In this document: piece by piece, positions 1-8,168 of the stretch
How positions within the stretch are numbered: the first letter of the stretch is position 1
Layout of the letters: the number at the start of each line of letters is the position of its first letter
NCBI GenBank assembly: GCA_965277805.1
Contig: OZ255842.1
Span: forward strand, 2,272,001 to 2,336,000
Reading direction: 5' to 3'
DNA from: Candidatus Lustribacter sp.
GTDB lineage: Bacteria > Vulcanimicrobiota > Vulcanimicrobiia > Vulcanimicrobiales > Vulcanimicrobiaceae
DNA length: 64,000 nt
The notes under the pieces: model-generated
Databases searched by the model: none
What the model saw: the letters and a program-made list of their open reading frames with translations, nothing else
What the model was told of the DNA's origin: nothing
Made by a program: the position numbers and the translations under genes

Positions 1-737
1 CGTTTGTCGTTGGCCCAGAGCGCCGTCTCGCGCATCGCCGCCGCGAACCGCGTCACCAGATCCGGATGCGCGGCGGCCCACTCAGGGGCAGCGAACCACA
101 CGGTGCGCAGGTTGACTTTTGCGATCGCATCATCGGCATACGCGAGCAGACGGCCGTCCTTTTTCGCCGGCGCGAGGAACGGTTCGGCGACATACGCTGC
201 ATCGACCCGGCCGGCTTCGAGCGCGGGGGCCATCGCGGGATAGGGAAGCTCGATGAACTTCACGGTGCTCGAGTCGCCACCGTTCTTGTCGATCCACGCA
301 CGCGACGCGTACTCGGAGCCGGTCGCAAGACCGGGAACGGCAAAGACCTTTCCATTGAGATCCTTGGCGGTGTGAATAGGTGAGTTCTTCGCAACGATCA
401 CTTGATTGACCGGCGCAGCGTCGGTCCACAACGCGGCCGGCGCAATCACCGTCAGCTTGATGCCTTTCGAATAGGCTTTCGAAAGCGCGCCGACGTCGGA
501 GTAGCCGATGTCGGCGGCGTTGCCGGCAACGGCCGCGACCATCGCACTACCGTTCTTACCCGGAATGAGCTCGACATTGAGGCCGTGCTTCTGAAATATT
601 CCGAGGTCGAGTGCGTAGAACGGCTCGGCGCCCGAGTCGATGTACGTCGTCGTCAGCCGCACGACGGCTGGTGCTTGCGCTGCGCCGGCAACCGGCAGCA
701 GCGCAAGGATCGTGCAGAGCAGTGCGCTCCTTCTCAT
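1..737 (-). CDS. ABC transporter substrate-binding protein, NitT/TauT/SsuA family (3' end outside window)
   Basis: Not in the ORF track; my translation from ATG at 737 gives MRRSALLCTILALLPVAGAAQAPAVVRLTTTYIDSGAEPFYALDLGIFQKHGL...KDLNGK...GRVDAAYVAEPF, with a signal peptide and the same motifs as the other SBPs here. Confidence 0.85.
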   Translation of the reverse strand, partial: MRRSALLCTILALLPVAGAAQAPAVVRLTTTYIDSGAEPFYALDLGIFQKHGLNVELIPGKNGSAMVAAVAGNAADIGYSDVGALSKAYSKGIKLTVIAPAALWTDAAPVNQVIVAKNSPIHTAKDLNGKVFAVPGLATGSEYASRAWIDKNGGDSSTVKFIELPYPAMAPALEAGRVDAAYVAEPFLAPAKKDGRLLAYADDAIAKVNLRTVWFAAPEWAAAHPDLVTRFAAAMRETALWANDK

Positions 738-775
738 TGTTGAGACCGACGTTCGCGGTGCTGGGGTCAGATTAC

Positions 776-815
776 TTGACTGGCCGGCGCCAATGGCCTT
801 AAAATTAAATTCCAT
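776..815 (+). promoter_or_regulatory. sigma70-like promoter TTGACT-N18-TAAAAT overlapped by the 17-bp motif TTAAAATTAAATTCCAT (799-815)
   Basis: -35 at 776-781, -10 at 800-805, ATG at 814 with no SD; the motif recurs at six other promoter sites. Confidence 0.6.
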
Positions 816-2007
816 GTCGCTATCGCGCGAGCTGAACGAGCTCTTGACACAGGTCGGGCCGGGCACGCCGGGCGGAAACCTGCTGCGTTACTATTGGATG
901 CCCATCGCCCCGGCCGCCGAGATCACACCGGAACGGCCGAAAAAACGCGTCCGCGTTCTGGGCGAGAATCTCGTGCTCTTCCGCGACGGCGCCGGCCGTT
1001 TCGGCTTGGTTCCCGAGCAATGTCCGCATCGCAAGTGTTCGTTGTTTTTCGGGTTCGCGGAAGACGATGGGCTGCGCTGTCCCTATCATGGCTGGAAGTT
1101 TTCGACCGAGGGCGAGTGCATCGATCAGCCCTTCGAACCGCCCGGCTCCAATCTCAAAAAGCTCGCGCAGCGTCCGCCCTACAAGGTCGAGCAGCTCGCG
1201 GGCATCCTGTTTGCGTATCTGGGGCCCGAACCGGCGCCGCTGCTGCCGCGCTGGGATCTGATGGTTCGGAAGGACGGCTTGCGCTCGATCGTCGTGATGT
1301 CGCAGCACAGCCATAACTGGCTGCAGGCGCAAGAGAACTCGCACGATCCCGTGCATCCGTTCTACCTCCACGCCGGCCTGATGAAGGCCCACGGTGTCGA
1401 AGAGAAGTTCAAGGCCGAGGTCGCGTACTTCAGCCGGCCATTGGAAGGCTTCGATTTCGAACTGCGGCGCGAGCCGGGCTGGATCGGCTTGATGAAAAAG
1501 CGCATTTTCGCAGACGAAAGCGTCGAGCAAGAGTCGGGCAATCCGGCCATCTTTCCCAACGTGCTCTTCGCACCTCACGGAAAACAAGTCGTGATCCACT
1601 GGCGTACGCCGGTCGACGATGCGCATACGAACATCACCTGGCTGGAATTCACGCCGAATGCCGGCGGCATCGAGCTCGAGCAGCCCGATGACGAGATCCC
1701 GGTGCGATACGTCGCACACCCCAAACGCCCCGACGGCGAATATGATCTCACGACCTTCGAAACGCAAGACCAAATGGCGTGGGAAACGCAAGGCCCGATC
1801 GTCGACCGCGAAACCGAACTACTCGGCGCATCCGACCGCGGCATCACGATGTTCCGCAAGCTTCTGCGCGAACAAATCGAACGCGTTCAACGCGGGGAGG
1901 AACCCGAAGGACTCATCCGCGACCCGGCAATCAACACATCCATCTCATTCAAGGTCTCATCCGGCCAACGCACCATGCGCGAACGCCTAGAATCCACCGC
2001 CGGCTAA
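814..2007 (+). CDS. Rieske non-heme iron oxygenase alpha subunit (phthalate 4,5-dioxygenase/LigX-like)
   Basis: N-terminal LTQVGPGTPGGNLLRYYW; Rieske CPHR...CPYHGW; mononuclear Fe motif ENSHDPVHPFYLH; QDQMAWETQG; the ORF-track start at 640 overlaps the divergent gene. Confidence 0.9.
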   Translation: MSLSRELNELLTQVGPGTPGGNLLRYYWMPIAPAAEITPERPKKRVRVLGENLVLFRDGAGRFGLVPEQCPHRKCSLFFGFAEDDGLRCPYHGWKFSTEGECIDQPFEPPGSNLKKLAQRPPYKVEQLAGILFAYLGPEPAPLLPRWDLMVRKDGLRSIVVMSQHSHNWLQAQENSHDPVHPFYLHAGLMKAHGVEEKFKAEVAYFSRPLEGFDFELRREPGWIGLMKKRIFADESVEQESGNPAIFPNVLFAPHGKQVVIHWRTPVDDAHTNITWLEFTPNAGGIELEQPDDEIPVRYVAHPKRPDGEYDLTTFETQDQMAWETQGPIVDRETELLGASDRGITMFRKLLREQIERVQRGEEPEGLIRDPAINTSISFKVSSGQRTMRERLESTAG

Positions 2008-2010
2008 CGA

Positions 2011-2144
2011 CGCGGAGTGCAATTTTTTCTTGTCATGCCGAGCGGAGCGCCAAAGGGCGCGTAGTCGATGTACGCGCGAAAATTGCGCCTGGAGCCAGGG
2101 CAATGCCACGACGTTGTCCTTCAACCGACCACGCGCACTCCGCG
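2011..2144. repeat. REP/MITE-like nested inverted-repeat element between convergent genes
   Basis: Perfect 10-bp IR CGCGGAGTGC (2011-2020)/GCACTCCGCG (2135-2144); GCAATTTT (2019-2026)/AAAATTGC (2079-2086); hairpin GCGCC-AAAG-GGCGC (2047-2060). Confidence 0.5.
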
Positions 2145-2152
2145 CGCTTCCC

Positions 2153-4357
2153 TCAGGATCCCGCGGGGGCGAGCGCTGCAAGGTCTAGGCGGATGTCATG
2201 AGGATCGCCTTCGTCTTTTCGGCAGATGTCTACGGAGTGCAGTAGACCGCAGGCCGGGCAGGCGTAGCGACGGGCCTCGAGTTTTGCATGCACGATGAGG
2301 CCCATACCGAGTTCTTCGGCGTTTGCCGTCGCGTACGCGGCAGACGCACGCCAGTTTTCGCTTGCAGGCGCAAAGGCATGACCGCAGCGGCAGACGGTCC
2401 AGAACGCGCCCGCATCGTCGCGGCGCACTTCAAGCCGGTCACCGATCCGGCAAGACCGTACGAGCGCACCTTTCGGTTCGGCCGTTCGCGGCATGCGCAC
2501 CGGCCAGGCGGTGCGTTCCGCGCGTAGCGCCGCGCGGCGTTGATCGCTTGCCGCAACGTCGATGTGCCCGTCCGCATCGAAGATGCAGCCGAAGAAACGC
2601 GATGCGGCTTCGCGCGTGATTGCGGCCTCGTCGAGATCGTGTGCGAGATCTTCGAAAGTGCGTTCGAGCGGATCGCCCCAGCCCGCACCGGCGGGCGGAT
2701 CGGCACGGACGACGTCGCCCGCGCGGAGCACGAGCGTTTGCGGCGGCGGTTGCGGCGAAACATACGTTTCGCCGTCGATCTCATCGAAGAGCGGGATGTG
2801 TCCGCCCGCAAACGTAGCTTCGACGTCCGTATTCCGCAGCAGCACGCTGCCCATTTCCGATCCCGGGTAGCCGCCGAACACGCCGGTTGAATCGGGCACG
2901 TGCCAGGTGCGGCCGATGCGCTGGAAGGTCGGTTCCGAGCCGTGCGGCGTGTAGACGCCGACCACGCTCGAACCGCCGCGCCGCCGCCCGGCGCCGCCGC
3001 CGTCGGAGGCCCAACCGCGCCGCAGGTAAAGGATCGGCAGGTCTAGCTCGAGCGCTTCCACGTTGCTGATCTGCGCGCGCACGATGCCGTGATGGCCGTG
3101 CGCGGACACGCCGTCGTGATCGGAATACGCGCCCGCGCCCGACGCCAACACGTCGAATGTGCGGCCGGCAAAACGTTCGCCGTTTTGATTCGTGCCGTAA
3201 AAGAACAGCGACCCGGGACGCCCGCACGATGCCGCCGCGGCTTCCGGCAAGTAGAGATCGGAGCAAGCCGCGAGGCGCGAGATCGCGAGCGTCGTCGCGA
3301 GGTCGACTTCCCAGACCGCACCGCTGATGTTCCCGCTGACCGCCGCCGGGCGCCGCGCGTTGCAGATGCGCCCTTCGGGGCACGTTACCTCCAGCACGCG
3401 ATAGATGCCCGCGTTCCACGGAATGTCGTAAGCCAGCGTGGGCAGCAGCGCGCCGGAAATTCCCGCCATCAAACCGCCGAAGGTGCAGTTCGTCGAATTG
3501 GCAACTTGCGGCGAAGATTTCGAGTAATCGAGCAGCAGCCGGTCACCCGTTTTGGTCATTTCAACGTGCACGACCGGCACGTCTCCGAACGACGGATCGT
3601 ATTCGAGAAAACCCGCCGCCGTAACGGTCGCATCGGGCAGCTCGCGCAGACGCGCACGCAAACGTATTTCGGACGCGTCGCACAGCGCCGCCATCACGCG
3701 GCGCAGCATCGGGACCCCATAGCGCCGCGCCAGTTGGCTCAACCCGTCGACTGCAGCCATGTTGGCAGCGAGCAGGCCTTTGAGATCGAGGCTCATCGTC
3801 GCCGGATGGCGGCAGTTACCGAGAATGAAGCGCCACAAATCGGTGCGCAGCGCTCCCCCTTCGACGAGCTTGAGCGGCGGCAGCAGCAGCCCTTCCTGAA
3901 ACGCTTCGGTCGCCGGCAGCATGACGCTGCCTTCGTACAAGCCGCCGATGTCCGACATGTGCATCATCGCGCCGGCCCAGAAAAGCAGCTCGCCATCGAT
4001 AAACACCGGCGTCATCAGTGCCATGTCCGGTGCGTGCACGGAGCCCGCCCAGGGATCGTTGACGACAAACGTATCGCCGGGCCCGATGTCCGGCGCGCAG
4101 TCGGCGATGACGCTCCGGCACAGTGCCGCCATGGTTGCGGCGTGGTGCAACACGGTCCGTCCCATCGCGGCGACCGAACCGTCGGCAAGGTAGAGACCGA
4201 CGTTGTAATCCGACATCTCGGTGACGTGCTTCGAGCCGGAGATCGTCGTCAGGCGCGCCGCCGACTCATCCGTGATACCGAGAAGGCGGTGCCGGATCAC
4301 CTCGAACGTGACCGCATCGGTCGCATCCGGGAGCGGCGGTTGTTGGAGCGTACTCAT
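2153..4357 (-). CDS. Hydantoinase B/oxoprolinase family protein with C-terminal acetone carboxylase gamma-like Zn domain (copy 1)
   Basis: VTFEVIRHRL, NDPWAGSVHAPD, HMSDIGG, EAFQEGL, GGAGRRRGG, GAGWGDPLER; C-terminal VCRCGH...ENWR...YACPACG; ATGA overlap with the upstream gene. Confidence 0.88.
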   Translation of the reverse strand: MSTLQQPPLPDATDAVTFEVIRHRLLGITDESAARLTTISGSKHVTEMSDYNVGLYLADGSVAAMGRTVLHHAATMAALCRSVIADCAPDIGPGDTFVVNDPWAGSVHAPDMALMTPVFIDGELLFWAGAMMHMSDIGGLYEGSVMLPATEAFQEGLLLPPLKLVEGGALRTDLWRFILGNCRHPATMSLDLKGLLAANMAAVDGLSQLARRYGVPMLRRVMAALCDASEIRLRARLRELPDATVTAAGFLEYDPSFGDVPVVHVEMTKTGDRLLLDYSKSSPQVANSTNCTFGGLMAGISGALLPTLAYDIPWNAGIYRVLEVTCPEGRICNARRPAAVSGNISGAVWEVDLATTLAISRLAACSDLYLPEAAAASCGRPGSLFFYGTNQNGERFAGRTFDVLASGAGAYSDHDGVSAHGHHGIVRAQISNVEALELDLPILYLRRGWASDGGGAGRRRGGSSVVGVYTPHGSEPTFQRIGRTWHVPDSTGVFGGYPGSEMGSVLLRNTDVEATFAGGHIPLFDEIDGETYVSPQPPPQTLVLRAGDVVRADPPAGAGWGDPLERTFEDLAHDLDEAAITREAASRFFGCIFDADGHIDVAASDQRRAALRAERTAWPVRMPRTAEPKGALVRSCRIGDRLEVRRDDAGAFWTVCRCGHAFAPASENWRASAAYATANAEELGMGLIVHAKLEARRYACPACGLLHSVDICRKDEGDPHDIRLDLAALAPAGS

Positions 4358-5295
4358 GCGGTCAGCGTCTCGCGCGCGAACGACAGATCCCACATCTCGA
4401 GCGGATTGAAGCCGTCGAGGCCGGCGTACTGCGCGCGCGCGATCTCGAGCGCGTTCGCCAAGCCCGCGATCGTCGGGAGTGGCGAGCCGCCAACCTCAGC
4501 GACGAGATGCCCCACGATGCGCGCGATATCATCATCGCCGTTCATGGTGAAGTGTTCGCGCAAATCTGCGAGACACTCCGCGGTCACGAGGTCGAGCGTC
4601 CATCCCGGTTCGCTGCTTACGCGATGGTTGGCATCGTGCATCGCGTGCGCGAGCGCGCGAATCGCTTGCGGTGCTCGTGTTACCAAGGCTTCTGTCGTGG
4701 TCGGAATGACGTGGCCCCCTTCGAATGGGAACGGCGGCGTGGGAATCTGGTGCAGTCCGGCCGCGAGCGCGGCATCGGCGTAGGCCGGCGACATAAAACA
4801 GGCATCACAGCGGCCATCGGCTACGGCTTTCCAAACGCCCCAACGACCGAGTTCCTTCTCCTCGACGACGACCTGTTCGATCTCGTGGAGCAGACCGAGA
4901 TGGCCGAAGGCGACCGTGGGCAGCGAACGTTGCGGGCCGTGATCGCGCACGGCGATGCGCTTTCCGCGCAGATCGTTCATCGACTCAATCGATCCGCGCA
5001 CGAGCAGCCATTCGGTCCACACGTGCGCAGCCGAAGCGACCGTGACAAACGGTGCGCCGGCTGCCCGCAGGCGTTGCAAGCCCCAGTAGTTCTCGGCCAG
5101 CACATCGACCTCACCGCGGCGGAGCTTTTCACTCCAATCCTCGCTGCCGGCTTGACGATGACGCACGAGTTCGACCTCGAGGCCGTACGGCGCGGCGCAA
5201 CGCCGAAGCGCACACAGATAGGGCAACCGGTCGACATCGCGATAGAGCAGCGTCAGCCGCAACTCAGCGGGCGCGGATGACGACATTCCCACCAT
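4354..5295 (-). CDS. Periplasmic-binding-protein-fold (SsuA/DszB-like) protein without signal peptide
   Basis: IESMNDLRGKRIAV and AVADGRCDACF resemble type 2 PBP motifs; no hydrophobic N-terminus; coupled between hyuA-like and hyuB-like genes; start could be 5286. Confidence 0.65.
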   Translation of the reverse strand: MVGMSSSAPAELRLTLLYRDVDRLPYLCALRRCAAPYGLEVELVRHRQAGSEDWSEKLRRGEVDVLAENYWGLQRLRAAGAPFVTVASAAHVWTEWLLVRGSIESMNDLRGKRIAVRDHGPQRSLPTVAFGHLGLLHEIEQVVVEEKELGRWGVWKAVADGRCDACFMSPAYADAALAAGLHQIPTPPFPFEGGHVIPTTTEALVTRAPQAIRALAHAMHDANHRVSSEPGWTLDLVTAECLADLREHFTMNGDDDIARIVGHLVAEVGGSPLPTIAGLANALEIARAQYAGLDGFNPLEMWDLSFARETLTA

Positions 5296-7375
5296 GGTCT
5301 TTGACCGCGCGCTGGTTCGGCCCCAGCACGACGGTCGTCCCGAAGAATTCGAGAATCGCCGGCCCGTCGATGTCCGTATCCGCGGGGACGCGTTCGCCGC
5401 GATAGATCGCGGTCGGAACCATCTCTTTCTCGAACATCACGTTGCGATCGCCGAGCTTGGCACCGGCCAGCGATTGTTCGGCCGCTCCGTTCTCGGACGG
5501 CGACACGCTCGGTGAGGGCACGCGCCCTTCCACGCGGAACGTGTTGATCTCGATTCCGGCCTCGGCGAGACTCGTTCCCGGACCGTAGATCCGCTCGTAG
5601 CGCAGGTAGAAGTCGCGTATCAGCGCGTCGAGCGCCACGCGATCGAGCGGGTCGTTCGCGACCGGAACTGCCAACTCGTGCACTTGCTTGCGGAAACGGA
5701 AGTACAGGGTTCGCTTGAGCTGCAGCTGCGGATGCTCGTGCATGGCGGCGCGGCAGCGTTCTTCCAATTGCGCGAAGGTCCCGTTGATGCGCTCGAGGTC
5801 AAAGTGCTCGGCGGGATTCGGCGTTCCGGGCGGCGTGTGCTGAGGATCGCTGCGCTGAAAGCTGCGAAAACGATCGGACGATACCGCGCCGTAGCCGGAG
5901 TGTACGGTCGCCGTGTGCGGTACGACCACGGTGGAAATACCGGCCTCTTGCGCGATCGCGTAGCCGTGCGTCGGTCCAGCGCCGCCGTAGGCGAACATCA
6001 CGAAGTCGCGCGGATCGTACCCCTGCTGAACGGTCAGCGTACGCACGAGATCCGCCATTTGGTTTTCCGCGACCGAACGGATTCCCGATGCGGCTTCCGT
6101 TACCGATAGGCCGAGCGGCTCGGCAATGTGCAGCCGGATCGCTTCTTCGGCCAGCTCGCGATAGAGCGGGATGGCCCCGCCGAGGAAATACTTCGGATCG
6201 ATGATGCCGAGCACGACATCGGCGTCGGTAACCGTCGGCCGCGTTCCACCTGCACCGTAGCAGGCCGGCCCGGGCACGGCGCCCGCGCTTTCGGGACCGA
6301 CCAGCAGCACGCCGTGCTCGATCGACGCGATGCTCCCGCCACCGGCGCCGATTGCGGTCACGCGAATCCGGGGCGAAGCGATATGGTAACTTCCGGTGAT
6401 ACTCTGCGTTGCGACCAGCGGTTCGCCGTCGACGATCAGACCGGCATCGAAGCTCGTGCCGCCCATGTCGCCGGTGATGACGTTGGGAAAACCGAGGCGG
6501 CGCGCGAGCGCGGCCGACGCGAGGACGCCGCCGGCCGGACCCGAGACCATGAGCTCGACCGCGCGACCGCCGGCCTCGCGCGCTTCGACCACGCCGCCGG
6601 CCGAATCCATTACGGTGAAGTCGCCGGTGAAACCGTTCTGCCGCAGACGATCCTCGAGCACTTGCACGTAACGGCGAATGATCGGTCCGAGGTATGAATT
6701 GACCACGGTCGTCGCGGTGCGCTCATATTCGCCGATGATCGGTGCGATCTCGCAAGAGAGGGTGATGAAAACGTCCGGGCACTCTTCGCGAATGATGCGC
6801 GCCGCTTCGATCTCGTGATCCGCACGAACGAACGACCAGAGAAAGCAGATCGCGACGGCATTCACGCCCGCCTCGCGAATCCGCTGCGCGGCCGCTTGCA
6901 CTTGATCGAGCTGCAACGGAACGATCTCGGCGCCGGCGGAGTCGAGCCGCTCGTCGATTTCGATGATGTCTGCCCGCGGCACGAGCGGCACCGGATTGCG
7001 GCGTTCGCTGTAGTGGCTCGAGCGCTCGCCGATGCCCGTCCACGACCCCATCGCGCGCTGAATGAACATGGTATCGGCGAAGCCGCGCGTCGTAAGCAGT
7101 ACGGTACGTTCGCCCTTGCGCTCGATGTAGGCGTTCGTTGCGGCGGTCGTCCCGTGCGCGAAGTAACTCACGCTGCGCGTGAACTGCTCGAGCGTCAAAT
7201 CGTGATCGGCGGCCGCGAGCTTGAACCCTTCGAGCACCGCTTGACTGCGGTCGCTCGGCGTCGTCGGCACCTTGAATTGACGCAATGCGCCGGCTTCGTC
7301 GATCACCACCATGTCGGTAAACGTCCCGCCGATATCGGTCCCAACCAGGAACCGCCGCCCGTCAGTCGTTGGCAT
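5264..7375 (-). CDS. Hydantoinase A/oxoprolinase ATP-binding subunit (copy 1)
   Basis: GTDIGGTFTD, HGTTAATNA, EYERTATTVVN, SGPAGG, DMGGTSFD, GAGGGS, GPESAGAVPGPACYG, AYGGAGP; start set at ATG 7375. Confidence 0.92.
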   Translation of the reverse strand: MPTTDGRRFLVGTDIGGTFTDMVVIDEAGALRQFKVPTTPSDRSQAVLEGFKLAAADHDLTLEQFTRSVSYFAHGTTAATNAYIERKGERTVLLTTRGFADTMFIQRAMGSWTGIGERSSHYSERRNPVPLVPRADIIEIDERLDSAGAEIVPLQLDQVQAAAQRIREAGVNAVAICFLWSFVRADHEIEAARIIREECPDVFITLSCEIAPIIGEYERTATTVVNSYLGPIIRRYVQVLEDRLRQNGFTGDFTVMDSAGGVVEAREAGGRAVELMVSGPAGGVLASAALARRLGFPNVITGDMGGTSFDAGLIVDGEPLVATQSITGSYHIASPRIRVTAIGAGGGSIASIEHGVLLVGPESAGAVPGPACYGAGGTRPTVTDADVVLGIIDPKYFLGGAIPLYRELAEEAIRLHIAEPLGLSVTEAASGIRSVAENQMADLVRTLTVQQGYDPRDFVMFAYGGAGPTHGYAIAQEAGISTVVVPHTATVHSGYGAVSSDRFRSFQRSDPQHTPPGTPNPAEHFDLERINGTFAQLEERCRAAMHEHPQLQLKRTLYFRFRKQVHELAVPVANDPLDRVALDALIRDFYLRYERIYGPGTSLAEAGIEINTFRVEGRVPSPSVSPSENGAAEQSLAGAKLGDRNVMFEKEMVPTAIYRGERVPADTDIDGPAILEFFGTTVVLGPNQRAVKDHGGNVVIRAR

Positions 7376-8159
7376 AGTCGTGATCCGGATGGTTGACGGC
7401 GCCGACACGCCAGTAACCACGGGTGACGATGCGCTCCTTATCGAGGCCCGAGCGTTCGACGATCGTTCCGCGCAAACGCCGCATCGCGATCGCTTCACAG
7501 CCCACGTAGACGCGGCCGGCGCCCGCCGGCCACGCGAACTTCTCGAGCTCGGCGAACAGTGCCGAGCCCGGCCCGCTGTCATCGCGCACGACCCAACGGA
7601 TGTCGTTGCCGGGTGCGCCCGGCAGCGGCCGCTCCTCATCGGCAGTGAGCATCTCGATGAACGCGGTGACCTTGACGCTCGCCGGTAATACCTCAAGCAG
7701 CGTCTCGAGCGCCGGCAGCGCCGTCTCGTCGACCGCGAACACATACCAGGCGGCGGTTTCGTCGACTTCATAGCCGCGCGCGGGCCCGAGCAACACGAGT
7801 TCCTGACCCCGTTGCGCCTGCATCGCCCAGGTCGAACCCGGACCGTCTCCGTGCAGTACGAAATCGACCTCGAGGCGTTGCGTTTGCGGATCGAAACGGC
7901 GCGGCGTATACGTGCGCGTGGTCGTCCGCCGCGGACCGTCCGGATCGTACGGCGGCACATTAGTTTGCCCCGGCTCCGGGAAGATCAGCTTCAAATGCGC
8001 GGCGGGACCGGACCACACGAAGCCCGCCAATTCTTGGCCTTCAAACGTAATGCGCCGAACCCGCGGGCTCAGGCGCTGCACGCCCGCAACGCTGATCCGG
8101 CGCGGCGTGCGCGGTTTGCGCTTGCGGGGCGAAGGCGCGGTTGATGTCGTTGTTTCCAA
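7362..8159 (-). CDS. Siderophore-interacting protein (FAD-binding, ViuB/YqjH family)
   Basis: RRITFEG, HLKLIFP, RTYTPRRFD, DFVLHGDGPGSTWA, DETALPA, GYWRVG; TTG start with AGGAG SD. Confidence 0.88.
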   Translation of the reverse strand: METTTSTAPSPRKRKPRTPRRISVAGVQRLSPRVRRITFEGQELAGFVWSGPAAHLKLIFPEPGQTNVPPYDPDGPRRTTTRTYTPRRFDPQTQRLEVDFVLHGDGPGSTWAMQAQRGQELVLLGPARGYEVDETAAWYVFAVDETALPALETLLEVLPASVKVTAFIEMLTADEERPLPGAPGNDIRWVVRDDSGPGSALFAELEKFAWPAGAGRVYVGCEAIAMRRLRGTIVERSGLDKERIVTRGYWRVGAVNHPDHDYAND

Positions 8160-8168
8160 GAAAGTCTC

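Noticed and set aside
3089-4783. 564-aa plus-strand ORF and similar long antisense or shifted ORFs (e.g. 8752-10044, 13128-14585, 57253-58443, 59875-61140)
   Set aside because: Shadow ORFs typical of GC-rich DNA, with no motifs and fully overlapping well-supported genes
5264-7960. 898-aa ORF suggesting an N-terminally extended hydantoinase A
   Set aside because: The extension is an alternative frame over the SIP gene; family motifs begin at ATG 7375
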